Origin: a virus
Strand: one strand, 5' to 3'
IMG/VR virus record: IMGVR_UViG_3300047666_001143
Location: 12,219 to 76,218 of that record
DNA length: 64,000 nt
Each line of letters begins with the position of its first letter. The first letter of the stretch is position 1. The translations under genes and the position numbers were made by a program. The notes beneath the pieces are model-generated. The model was not told the DNA's origin, did no database searches, and was given only the letters and a program-made list of their open reading frames with translations. Positions 47,569 through 57,913 of this stretch are shown here, piece by piece.

Positions 47569-47898
47569 ATGAAATATTTAAAGATCTTTACTTTTTTGTT
47601 ACTTATGTTGGTAATATCATTCTATATATGGAATCCTATTATAAAAAATACTCACCAATATTTGCCTGATGATGTACCTAAGCACTTAGTTCCAGAAATA
47701 TTAAATGCTATAGACATGACGTTCGGTGTATGTGTTTATTTGATATATGAAACAGGTGAACTTTTGGGACTATCTTATAATGAAACTAATATTTGGATTT
47801 TTGTAATAATAATGCCTTTTTTAATATTGCTTTTATCTATTTATTGTATCTCTTTAAAAATTAAAATAAGAAAACTAACTCTTTGCTTTCCCAAGTAA
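47569..47898 (+). CDS. small membrane protein, opposite strand to its operon
   Basis: ATG 47569; 2-3 hydrophobic segments; own promoter. Confidence 0.7.
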   Translation: MKYLKIFTFLLLMLVISFYIWNPIIKNTHQYLPDDVPKHLVPEILNAIDMTFGVCVYLIYETGELLGLSYNETNIWIFVIIMPFLILLLSIYCISLKIKIRKLTLCFPK

Positions 47899-50244
47899 GT
47901 CACTTTTTTTACCTAGGTTTATAAGTGCTGCGGTGGGTTTCCATTTTTCTCCTTTTTCTTTTGAGAGGAGTTGTTGTTTCCTTTGCTCATAAGATGCCTG
48001 TGCCCTTTTAATTTCGTAACGTATTTTTAGTTGTTCTTTTATAGGAGCACTCTCATATCTACTCATATCTATACTTTTGCTATCTAACCTGTCATTATAT
48101 ACATCTTCTGGGCTTCTTCCGTCACTTATATTCCCTACATCATTAAAGTCATATACATCATATACATATACATTTCCATCTGGTCCTTCCATAATACTCG
48201 CTTGACCTAATGTTAATAACAAAGTTATTTCTTCTTTGTTATTGTAAAGTGATGATGGGTTTTCGTATACACTGGACATTATATCTGAGACTCCAGATCC
48301 TTTTAAGTCGGTACCTTCTCTTATATCATCATATCCAAAATAAGATTGTAGTTTCCCATCTTTAACAGCTAGTTTTTTCATCTTTTCTATTTCATTACTG
48401 CTAAAATTCTTTTCTGTTAAATTAGAACCCTCTCCTTTTAAGGATGAAAAACTCCTACTTATAGCGGGCTTAAACCTACTTTGAGTATCCTCCGAAATCA
48501 TTTTTTTAAGATCATAAAAACTTTTTTCAGTATCTTTATCCCATATACCTGTTTCATTGCCAGGAGTATCTTTAAAATGTGTATTCATTGTACGTTGGAA
48601 CCCACTTACAAAATCCGATTTAATAGGTTCTTCTTTAAGGATTTCCTTTATACTGCTTGTTGTAAACCCAGACAAGGCAGCTACTGTATTTTTACCTACT
48701 ACTCCGTCTTTTTTTAATCCCTTATCCTTTTGGAATTGTTTAACGGCATCTCTTGTATCTTTTCCTATCTTACCATCTACTCCATATTTTCCTATATCAT
48801 AACCTAATTCCTGTAATTTTGTTTGTATTTTCTTTGCTTCAACTTCATTAAATCCTTTTTCACTTTCTCTTTTATAGCTTACGATTTTGTTTTGGTTGTC
48901 TATGTTAGAGATATTTAATTTTTCTTTTTTTGGTGTGTATAAAGAAGTGTTATTTTGTTGGAGCTCACTCTCTAAATTAGCTTTAAAGTTTACATCTTCT
49001 TTTGCAGTAATGCTGTTATATCTATCCTCTATAGCTTTATTTAATTCTTGCTCTTCTTTTTTTATTTCTAATAATGGATTTTCTTTTGATATCTTGTTTT
49101 CGTCTATTTTTATATTACCTAATATATTACTTGGTGGTACATATAAACTAGAAGAGGTTTGCAATGTGTCTTTTTCTAAATCCTTTTTTAGATTGTTTTT
49201 ATCAGTTTTAGTGGTTAGACTTTTATAACTACCATATGTGTCCGTGGGTTTTACTTCTTTATTGGTATTTAAACTGTTCAAATATTCAAATATACTAGCT
49301 TCCTCTTCTTTAGATACTTTTTCATTTTCACAAGGTGGTTGTCCTGGCCCTCCACAATTACTTTTTAAACTTCCTCCATCGGCAAAACCTTGTGTGTAAA
49401 ATGAATCATCTCCTTGTTGTATGTAATTGTATAAATGTGATAAATCTTGTTGTTGTGGTTGGTAAGTACTTAAATCTTGTTGTGATTGTGTTTGTTGTTT
49501 AAATGCGTTCACAAAGTTATCTTCTTGTGTTTTTACATTTTTGCTTTTTTCTTCTTCTAATATTTTTCTTAAATCTTGTTCTGTTAATGGTTTTTCTTCT
49601 TCAACTTTTATTTCTGGTAGCGTGGCATAATTAGCAGGTACAAAAGTGTTGTCAACTTTTATTTCTGGTAGCGTGGCATAATTAGCAGGTACAAAAGTGT
49701 TGTTAATTTTTCTCTCTGGATAGTCTACTCTGTATACCCCTTCTTCTGGTGTTTTTACTTCTTTTTTGTCTCTTTTTTTAATATCTGTTTTGTAGCCTAC
49801 TTCATTGCCTAATTTTATTGCATGGCTAATTCTAGTATCATTATCTGCGTAATCTTTGTGTGGTCTCTCATAGTGTTGTGAGAAAGCTAAAGTTGCATCT
49901 TCGACAGTTTTAGATTGCTTTACTTTTCCCCATGCTCTTTTTTCTGTATTATTTAACTCCCAATCTATGAACTCTAACTGTCCTTTTAGTGTATTAAAAT
50001 CGTCAGGTCTTATTTTTTTTAAATTATCTAACCTGTCACCTCTCCACTGTGCTACTCCATATGCAGTGTTATTATCCCCAACAGCGTTTGGTCTGATATC
50101 CGTATAACTCTCTTTCATTAAATTCCCTACAATCCCTAAAGCTACCTGCGGCGTATATCCTTTTTCTTGTACAAAAAAGTTATAAGCTATTTTTGCATTT
50201 TCTTTTGCACCTTTATCTCCTTCTATTAGTGTTCTTATCTTCAT
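47875..50244 (-). CDS. virion-associated peptidoglycan hydrolase (phage tail lysozyme plus peptidoglycan-binding domains)
   Basis: GIVGNLMKES...GVAQW...QLEFIDWEL...YERP; LGY...VDGKIG.DT..AV..FQ...GL..DGVVG. Confidence 0.8.
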   Translation of the reverse strand: MKIRTLIEGDKGAKENAKIAYNFFVQEKGYTPQVALGIVGNLMKESYTDIRPNAVGDNNTAYGVAQWRGDRLDNLKKIRPDDFNTLKGQLEFIDWELNNTEKRAWGKVKQSKTVEDATLAFSQHYERPHKDYADNDTRISHAIKLGNEVGYKTDIKKRDKKEVKTPEEGVYRVDYPERKINNTFVPANYATLPEIKVDNTFVPANYATLPEIKVEEEKPLTEQDLRKILEEEKSKNVKTQEDNFVNAFKQQTQSQQDLSTYQPQQQDLSHLYNYIQQGDDSFYTQGFADGGSLKSNCGGPGQPPCENEKVSKEEEASIFEYLNSLNTNKEVKPTDTYGSYKSLTTKTDKNNLKKDLEKDTLQTSSSLYVPPSNILGNIKIDENKISKENPLLEIKKEEQELNKAIEDRYNSITAKEDVNFKANLESELQQNNTSLYTPKKEKLNISNIDNQNKIVSYKRESEKGFNEVEAKKIQTKLQELGYDIGKYGVDGKIGKDTRDAVKQFQKDKGLKKDGVVGKNTVAALSGFTTSSIKEILKEEPIKSDFVSGFQRTMNTHFKDTPGNETGIWDKDTEKSFYDLKKMISEDTQSRFKPAISRSFSSLKGEGSNLTEKNFSSNEIEKMKKLAVKDGKLQSYFGYDDIREGTDLKGSGVSDIMSSVYENPSSLYNNKEEITLLLTLGQASIMEGPDGNVYVYDVYDFNDVGNISDGRSPEDVYNDRLDSKSIDMSRYESAPIKEQLKIRYEIKRAQASYEQRKQQLLSKEKGEKWKPTAALINLGKKSDLLGKAKS
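49601..49702 (-). repeat. perfect 51-bp tandem duplication
   Basis: Two identical units encoding NTFVPANYATLPEIKV(D/E). Confidence 0.95.
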
Positions 50245-51171
50245 TTAACTTTGGGGATTAATTGTCTGCTCTGCCCATCTAAAATCTAAATTATGATTAG
50301 TATCTCCATTTCTCTCTAATCTAACTGTAAAAAAGTTACCTTTTAATCTTTCCAGTGTTTTCTTGTTGTAAAAAGATGCAGCTTTACTGTTTATAGTCTT
50401 GCCTATTTGATTTTCATCCCACAACCATATCGGTTGGTTATTTCTATTACTAATTACACGGTTATAGAAATAGTTCATATTGTATCTGTAATTATCATAA
50501 GAAATTAAAACCTCTTGCGTGTTGTCTATTTTTGTTATTGGATATTTGGATAATTGAGACAAAGTACCATTATTTAAAATTGGTATTAGGTTTCCTGAAT
50601 TTTCATAATTATTATAAATTGTCGCAGTTGTAAAAGGATTTTCCTCTATTGGTGCAAAGTCATACTCATTATGATATCTCCTTAGTTGTGCATTCCAGCT
50701 AACATCTTCCAATCGTTTGCTAAAATAATCATTTTTTACAGGATACTCAATTATATAAGGAAATTTTTGACCATAAAATACTCTGTACGATTTATCGGTT
50801 AATAAGTGGCTCCAAAGTCCTTCTCTATCATCATCAGAATTCATTCCACTTTGAAAATAATCTGAGTGATTTATATAGTAATTAGGTGCATAACTCATAT
50901 AACTTTCCCAACTACCTGTCTCTGGTTTGTAGGTTACAGTCCAAGAAACGTCTTTAAAATATAGAGGATTAGATACAGATATATCTGTATAACTATCATT
51001 GAGAGTAGTGTCAATAGTATCTACACAGTCACAAGATGTATCTCCAAACTCATCTACAATTGTTGTACATCCTGCTGGGCATTCTACATTTAGTATTTCC
51101 GTAGTTTTTACGCAAGTAAAATCACCGTTATCTTCTACTAATATATAATCTTCTGGGCAATTACAATTCAT
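50245..51171 (-). CDS. C-terminal part of tail stabilisation ('muzzle') protein
   Basis: SWTVTY......WESYMSY.P..Y..., RLKG.FF.VRL; begins with CPEDY/CPAG repeats. Confidence 0.65.
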   Translation of the reverse strand: MNCNCPEDYILVEDNGDFTCVKTTEILNVECPAGCTTIVDEFGDTSCDCVDTIDTTLNDSYTDISVSNPLYFKDVSWTVTYKPETGSWESYMSYAPNYYINHSDYFQSGMNSDDDREGLWSHLLTDKSYRVFYGQKFPYIIEYPVKNDYFSKRLEDVSWNAQLRRYHNEYDFAPIEENPFTTATIYNNYENSGNLIPILNNGTLSQLSKYPITKIDNTQEVLISYDNYRYNMNYFYNRVISNRNNQPIWLWDENQIGKTINSKAASFYNKKTLERLKGNFFTVRLERNGDTNHNLDFRWAEQTINPQS

Positions 51172-51182
51172 TTATTTTATAT

Positions 51183-54100
51183 TTATACAGGGCATTCTAA
51201 GTCTAATATCTCCCAAGCCGTATTAGAAATACCTGCCACTATTATACTCATTTGTGTCGGTTCTGCTGTGGTTTTATTGAAAGTAAGCTTTATATTACCG
51301 TCTGATGCTAGAGAAGAAGATATAGGATAATTTGCAACTACTCCTATTTGATTCCCTACGCTTCCGTTAGATCTGTCTGTACCTGAATAATCTGCTATAT
51401 CAGCACTACTATAGTTTACAGCTATAGTACCATTAGGTTGAAATGTACTGCCATCATATAAAAACTTATTGAAAGATGTAATATTTTGAATTTCAGTAAC
51501 GGAATTTTGAACACTGTCACCTACAAAAAGAGAATCAGCAACTATAGCTCCATTCCATACCAACTGTATCCTATCAGGTACTGAAAATGAATTAAATTCT
51601 ACTGTTACTTGCCCTGTGTCAGATCCTACCGTAGCGTTAACTTCATAATATCCTTCTTGTCCATTTGCTGAAAGGCTTCCTCCACATGCTATTGCCACTA
51701 ATTCAGCTGTTACAGGTACAATAATTAAGTCTCCTGTACAACCATCAATTTCGTTGTAAGGTGTAATAGTATAAGTCGCTGTCCCGCCTCCTGTCAGTGT
51801 CTGTGTAATTGTATTTCCAGATCCAGAAGAAGCTCCTGTTACTCCTGATTGTACTACTGTCCATGTGAATGTTATGTCAGCAGACGGGCTGGCTAAAACT
51901 ATGGTAAATTCTTGTTCTTCATCTATAGTCAGTGAGCTTGGTGTTGCAGTTGCAATTATCACTGGTTGGTCTTCTATTACTATATTTAAACTAGGATTAG
52001 ATATGCAATTATCCACATCTGTTACTGTAAATGTGTAAGTACCAGGGTTAGCTTTAACTACGCCCAATGCGGATATTTCTATTATGACAGGGGTAAAAGT
52101 GTAAGTATTTTCTGCCTTATATCCAACTATTTGGAAACTTCCAAAAGATTGGGTACAAGTAGATTGTATAATTGCACCTATTTCTGGTACTTCAAATACT
52201 GGTGTTGCAATTTCTATCTTTGTACATTTTTTATTTGCACTATCGTAAGTATATCCTTCTGGGCATAAATTTATCAAAGTGTACTCTTTCGTACATTCAT
52301 CATTCTCTTCGTTGTAAGTATAACCTTCTGGACAAGATGCCACTTTTTCTTCTTCGCATTTTGTATTATTTAAAACAAACCCTCTACCATCTATATACTC
52401 AATACAATCATTCAAAGGTACATAGTCTTTTTTTGTCAATAATACTCTTCTATATTTACTATCATATCCCCAGTGAAGTCCAACTCCGTTATAAGCATTG
52501 TCCGCTTCAATATAATTAGGGAAATGTTTACTTATTTTAAATGGTAAGTGGTTTTTAAACCATATATCCATTCCGTTGGGCTTTTCACTTGAATATCTAG
52601 ATATTTCTTGTAGATTATTTCCTCCTGTGTAATTGAACACTTGTCCTCTTTTTGCATCAGCATGAAAATGTCCAAATTCACAAGATAAAGTATGTTTAGA
52701 TTGTGATCCTCCATAACCCAAATCTGTATCTCTTAGAGTCATAGCTCTTTTTGCAAACATTCCTCCATTGCCTAAGTCAGCATTGTAATTTGTAGATCCA
52801 TCTGTAAATTGGTTTACAGAGTTTTGTAATTGCAAAGCATTTTCAAAATACATTAGTATTTGATTTGACTCTATACTTTTCAATCCGATTAGATTCCCAT
52901 AAGTAGATTCTAAAGTAGCTTTATCATTGGGTCTATATAATAACCAAGGTTCTGTTATGCTATTTTCATTTACATCTGGCAATGAATATATAACTGTATT
53001 TTTATTGTATGCTTTTTTTTCTTCATCTTCTTTAGAGTAATAATCTGGCAGAGTGAAAACTGTATTTAAAATGTTAGTTTGCAAGTATGCTTTGTTATAG
53101 TAAAAATTTTCTTTTCTTGTCAAAGATACAGTTGAAGGTTGGCTAATTAGCTCATAATCTGTATTTTGAGGATAAAATTGTTCCCAAGGTTCTTTTCTTG
53201 CATTTCTAAAATTAGTATTTACTCTAGTTTCACATAGGAAATTAGTGTATGAAATATTATACAAATAAAATTTACCAGGTGGCTCTACATAAAAAGTATT
53301 AGATGAGCTATTACAATCAAACTCTACATCGTAAAAAATACTTGGAAATGTTTTACCTCCAGAAGTAAATTCACTATTGACTTTGTAATCTATATAATAC
53401 TTTGGGTTGTCTCCATAATTACTGTTAAATTTGTAAGGGAAAGGAGTAAAATCTGCTGACCCTAATAAGTCTGTATCAAATAACCTAGCTTTTCTTTTTT
53501 TACTGTGCCTTGAAATAAAAGTATCCCCGCCTAAAATACCATTACATATACCCGTGTCTTCTATTGGTATACAATAAGTTGTATCTATCCATTTTATACT
53601 CCCAATAGTCCCATATTGATTTGGTATGTAATTTTTAAAAGCAACGTATGGTGATACTATATTTCTATTTTGTTCTGGACTTTTACCTTTATGGCTTCCT
53701 ATTTCAGAGCTTAATATTTGAGAAGAGAAAGTAGGATTTACACTTGAATTATCAAAGTTCAAATACTCAGGACTGATATTTTCTATAGGATAATCTCCTA
53801 AACTAAAAAAAGGTAGTTCTTCTCTGTCAATATTATTTAGCTTAAGGTTTTTGCCAGAAACTGTGTCAGAAACATTTAACATTCCTGATTTTAAATACTT
53901 ACCAACTGTTAGTCCTCTAAGTCTATCACCATCTGTTTGTAATGGTTTTAAATAATTATAATTAGAACCCGAAGAAGTATAATATCCAAAGTTATATGGT
54001 GCTCCTAAATTTTCAAAAGTTTTTTCCCATTCTAATTTATACCTTCCATATCTAAAAATCACTCCTGAAAATAATTCTATCCCAAGTAATGCTATGTGAA

Positions 54101-57100
54101 ACCCTACTCCAACAGGATTAGCTGAAAAAACAAACCCTGCATCAAATCTCCAAACTTCTGCTGTTGAAGCTAAGTTTAAAGCGGACTCTGCTATTACTTC
54201 CAGGGTTGCTAATGTCTTGGCTAAATTTCTAGCTTTGTCTCCTAATATTACCATTTTAGCATGGTCGTCTACAGGTAATACTCTGGTATTTGATTTACCA
54301 AACATATATCCTTGTAAAGACATTTCATTAGGAAGAGATGGTTTAAAATAATCAAACTCAGGAGATATTACTTGCATTTTATCGAAAGGCTCATCTTCAT
54401 TGTCAGGAAAGTATTTATCTTTACCTAACGAGTTGAAAGGGTAATTAAAATAACTTATATCTTCTCCATCTACGGTGTATTTTTTTGAATTAAAAACTAC
54501 ACCACTTCCTACAACTGACCTATCTAAAGTAGAATCAGATCTGTATATTTTATAATCTACTATTTCTCCTCTTTGTTTGTCAGTTAATAAATTATTATCT
54601 ACTGCAATATCCAATAGATTATTTATAACTTCACCATCAATGGTAAATCCTAATGGAGATATTACACTATCTGAATTAGAAGCAATACTATTACTTCTTA
54701 TAAAAGGACTTATTTTGTTATCTGGTAGCTTGTAATGCCTGATATTTTTACATCTAAAATCTGCATCCTCTGAAAGAGCCAGTACATCTGCTGTCTCATT
54801 TTTTTTATATATTTTTAATTTAGATAGGAAATCTACATTTGTTATGTTACTTTTATTTATTAATAAATTAGAAGAATCGAATAACTCCTGATTGTCAGGA
54901 TATGTATCAAAACTTTCATAGTAACCTAACTCTCCATATTTATAAGGTACTGGTTTGCAACTATCCAATATAGGAACATTGTAAGTACAAGAAATATTGT
55001 ACACTTGTGATTTTTCAAGTCTTATCTCCTCAAAAGTTACATCTATTTTAGAGTATTCTAGTTTTCTAACATTGACTGAAAATGCAGAATTAAGAGGTAT
55101 AGTGATACCTGTATCTATTATAGGTAAAGCAGATTGTGCTGTATCTATATACCCATCTTCTCCTAGTCCTTTTGACATAGATAAAGGTAAATCAATTACC
55201 ATATATATATACCCATCTGTAACTGAAGTACTGTTTACAATATCTTCACTAATAGGTATTAAAGCAGGTCTAGAGCCTAATTCATAAATACTCCCAAGAG
55301 AAAGTGTTTCTATACCATCTTCATCTTCATAACTAGATGTATCTATAGGTTCATTTGTAAAACAGTTATTGAAAAAATGAACTCTGATATTTCTATTTTT
55401 AAAATAAGGTACTCCTAACCCCAATCTCCAATGCCTTAAACTTGGATCTAATAGTCTGCTTATCTCAACTAGTAACGGTACTTTTTGAGATACATCAATT
55501 CTTAACCATACTGCCCCTTTATGTATTTTGCTAAGAAATTTGCCTCCAGAAGATAACCCTCCTATTTCAGATTGCGGAAGGGTTACAATAGTATCTGGAT
55601 TTGCATTTTTATTCTCCAAAGCATTTGCAAATAAAGTTTCATCCGTAGTATTATCTGCTGTCAATTCCACTCCCAAATAAGGGTGAATAATTACTTGCCC
55701 TGTATTTCCAGACGAGTACTCTAACTCTCTCAATTCTATAGCAGCAGAACAGTTATCTGCATAAGATACATTGGTTCTTTTATGCAGGGTTCCCTCTATT
55801 GCTATTGAATTATTGACTGCATAATCATATCTCAGAGAGTATTGCTCTGAAAAAACTGTATCATCAGCATCAGGATCTTCTCTTCCTTCTTGAAAAGCTT
55901 TAAATCCCTCCGCAGCTCTAAGTCTAGAGTAATCTTCTACTTTTTTATTTGTATAAACAACCTGTTCATCTATTACCTCAGATACTACTATTTTTTCGCT
56001 ACTTGTATCTAAAACAGGCTCTTGACAAAAGTCAAGGTCCACTTGTGGTACATTATTTAATCCTATATATTGAGATGCGTCTAAGAAAGCACATATATTA
56101 CTTAAAGGTGATGAAGTATAAGGAGGATTTATATTACAAGAGGGACCATTATCTTCTATATAATTCTTTAAATTTGTGAAATCATCAATAAAACTAGTAG
56201 CTATACTAATTAAATCTGAGGGTATTGGTTCTATACCATCTGTTAAATCGTAGACCTCAGTACTTGAATTCCAAGTAGTGGGTTCGGAAGATGTGGCGAT
56301 AAATTTTAAATTATTGACTGTGTAACCAGTATTACCAAAATCATCTGCTCCTTTTACATTTTTTATAAGGTATGTTTTTCCTATTTCTAAAAATCCTTCT
56401 ATTTGAATTATAGTTTTAACTGCTGTATAAGTAAGGTAATTTTCTTGTTGGGATACAGTTTCTATATCTGAACTTGTAGGGCATACTCCTGTTTCAGTGG
56501 CTGTGTTGTAAAACTGCCATCTTTTTGTTCTGTCATTTATATCACAATCTTGCACAACGTTAGTAATAGAATTAAAATCATTTCCAGGGAACATATCTTT
56601 TAATTCATCTGCGTTTGGTGGTCTTGGAATAAAAATACTAGGGTCAGTTCTATAACCATCTTTCATTCCAAAGTCTATGGCTAAGGCAATATTTTCATCT
56701 CTATTATAGCCAATATATTTGTAAGAGTCGGCATTAGAATACAAATCCTCTTTTGCTCTAAATGACATCCATTGCACTCCTAAACCTGCCAAGTTAATTA
56801 CAGGCTGTAAGTTTATAGGCTCTCTTTCTTTAATACCGTTCAAAAGTAGCATGTTGTTAGAAGTAGTGGCTCCATCTACTCTTTCTACAAAAGGTTTTAC
56901 TAAAGAAAGTGTAGTGTTGCTAATAGCTTCCCCAGAGTTATTTGATATAATTATAGATTTATTGAATGTAGTATATATTCCTGAAACAAAAGATGTAAAT
57001 ACTCCTTTAGATGTAAAATATCTAACTACTATTTTATAATACTTGAATCCTGCATCTATATTATCTAATTCAACTTTAATTGAAAAATTAGTTTCTTTAT

Positions 57101-57911
57101 CATTATCTTCTTGTTCATGAATGATATTCCCTTCATCCCAAATTGGCACTATAGGTGTTAATGAAGTATAAGAAGTAAATTCGTTGCCCAATTGGTCTGA
57201 ATAAGCTCCTAGTATTTCATAACTTCCTTTTTTCAAGTTTCCTCCTAAAGACCTATTGTAAGTTTTTGTTTTTAATTCCGTATAAAGTTTATACACTCGT
57301 ATTTTATCACAATCTAAACAGGTAGGTGCACCATCATTACCGCAATTATCGTCTCCTGTAATTTTGTATTGTTCTAAGTTGTCTAATTCTATATATCTAA
57401 ATTCTTTGTTTCCAGGAGTAGATGTCCAAAATAATTTGGTACCTATATTTTGTTCTTTTATTATAATATCAATTATAGGATGCTTAATATCAAAGCCTAG
57501 ACATAAATTGCAACTATCTTCTAGTAATGTTGTATATTCTTGATGTTCTACCTGTGTCTGTTCTTCTAAAGGATCTGGTTCTATATTAATATCATTTACT
57601 TCTGTACCCACGTACTCTGTAAAATCTGTTGTATTACTTATGCAACCAATCTCACTAACTTTAGTAGTTGGGTTGGTTAAAAATATATAGGTTTTATTTC
57701 TTACAATGTGATTTTTTCCTCCTACAAATTTAAATCCGCTGTCAAATTTTACAGCTAGAATATTACTGTGCTCGTCTGTCAAAGCAAATTGCTCGTCTGT
57801 ATCTGCTCTACCATTCAGTTGAAAAGAAAACTGTTTTTCATTTAAAAAATGACCTCCAGTACTTCTGTTCATTCCCATTAATGGAATTGATATATTTTTT
57901 TGTTTGGCCAT
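51183..57911 (-). CDS. tail stabilisation ('muzzle', crAss Tstab-like) protein with C-terminal Ig/PKD-like domains
   Basis: GMN start, GGDTFISR, GYGGSQS, GYD.KY.RVLLTKKDY; follows the tail tubular gene. Confidence 0.7.
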   Translation of the reverse strand: MAKQKNISIPLMGMNRSTGGHFLNEKQFSFQLNGRADTDEQFALTDEHSNILAVKFDSGFKFVGGKNHIVRNKTYIFLTNPTTKVSEIGCISNTTDFTEYVGTEVNDINIEPDPLEEQTQVEHQEYTTLLEDSCNLCLGFDIKHPIIDIIIKEQNIGTKLFWTSTPGNKEFRYIELDNLEQYKITGDDNCGNDGAPTCLDCDKIRVYKLYTELKTKTYNRSLGGNLKKGSYEILGAYSDQLGNEFTSYTSLTPIVPIWDEGNIIHEQEDNDKETNFSIKVELDNIDAGFKYYKIVVRYFTSKGVFTSFVSGIYTTFNKSIIISNNSGEAISNTTLSLVKPFVERVDGATTSNNMLLLNGIKEREPINLQPVINLAGLGVQWMSFRAKEDLYSNADSYKYIGYNRDENIALAIDFGMKDGYRTDPSIFIPRPPNADELKDMFPGNDFNSITNVVQDCDINDRTKRWQFYNTATETGVCPTSSDIETVSQQENYLTYTAVKTIIQIEGFLEIGKTYLIKNVKGADDFGNTGYTVNNLKFIATSSEPTTWNSSTEVYDLTDGIEPIPSDLISIATSFIDDFTNLKNYIEDNGPSCNINPPYTSSPLSNICAFLDASQYIGLNNVPQVDLDFCQEPVLDTSSEKIVVSEVIDEQVVYTNKKVEDYSRLRAAEGFKAFQEGREDPDADDTVFSEQYSLRYDYAVNNSIAIEGTLHKRTNVSYADNCSAAIELRELEYSSGNTGQVIIHPYLGVELTADNTTDETLFANALENKNANPDTIVTLPQSEIGGLSSGGKFLSKIHKGAVWLRIDVSQKVPLLVEISRLLDPSLRHWRLGLGVPYFKNRNIRVHFFNNCFTNEPIDTSSYEDEDGIETLSLGSIYELGSRPALIPISEDIVNSTSVTDGYIYMVIDLPLSMSKGLGEDGYIDTAQSALPIIDTGITIPLNSAFSVNVRKLEYSKIDVTFEEIRLEKSQVYNISCTYNVPILDSCKPVPYKYGELGYYESFDTYPDNQELFDSSNLLINKSNITNVDFLSKLKIYKKNETADVLALSEDADFRCKNIRHYKLPDNKISPFIRSNSIASNSDSVISPLGFTIDGEVINNLLDIAVDNNLLTDKQRGEIVDYKIYRSDSTLDRSVVGSGVVFNSKKYTVDGEDISYFNYPFNSLGKDKYFPDNEDEPFDKMQVISPEFDYFKPSLPNEMSLQGYMFGKSNTRVLPVDDHAKMVILGDKARNLAKTLATLEVIAESALNLASTAEVWRFDAGFVFSANPVGVGFHIALLGIELFSGVIFRYGRYKLEWEKTFENLGAPYNFGYYTSSGSNYNYLKPLQTDGDRLRGLTVGKYLKSGMLNVSDTVSGKNLKLNNIDREELPFFSLGDYPIENISPEYLNFDNSSVNPTFSSQILSSEIGSHKGKSPEQNRNIVSPYVAFKNYIPNQYGTIGSIKWIDTTYCIPIEDTGICNGILGGDTFISRHSKKRKARLFDTDLLGSADFTPFPYKFNSNYGDNPKYYIDYKVNSEFTSGGKTFPSIFYDVEFDCNSSSNTFYVEPPGKFYLYNISYTNFLCETRVNTNFRNARKEPWEQFYPQNTDYELISQPSTVSLTRKENFYYNKAYLQTNILNTVFTLPDYYSKEDEEKKAYNKNTVIYSLPDVNENSITEPWLLYRPNDKATLESTYGNLIGLKSIESNQILMYFENALQLQNSVNQFTDGSTNYNADLGNGGMFAKRAMTLRDTDLGYGGSQSKHTLSCEFGHFHADAKRGQVFNYTGGNNLQEISRYSSEKPNGMDIWFKNHLPFKISKHFPNYIEADNAYNGVGLHWGYDSKYRRVLLTKKDYVPLNDCIEYIDGRGFVLNNTKCEEEKVASCPEGYTYNEENDECTKEYTLINLCPEGYTYDSANKKCTKIEIATPVFEVPEIGAIIQSTCTQSFGSFQIVGYKAENTYTFTPVIIEISALGVVKANPGTYTFTVTDVDNCISNPSLNIVIEDQPVIIATATPSSLTIDEEQEFTIVLASPSADITFTWTVVQSGVTGASSGSGNTITQTLTGGGTATYTITPYNEIDGCTGDLIIVPVTAELVAIACGGSLSANGQEGYYEVNATVGSDTGQVTVEFNSFSVPDRIQLVWNGAIVADSLFVGDSVQNSVTEIQNITSFNKFLYDGSTFQPNGTIAVNYSSADIADYSGTDRSNGSVGNQIGVVANYPISSSLASDGNIKLTFNKTTAEPTQMSIIVAGISNTAWEILDLECPV

Positions 57912-57913
57912 TT

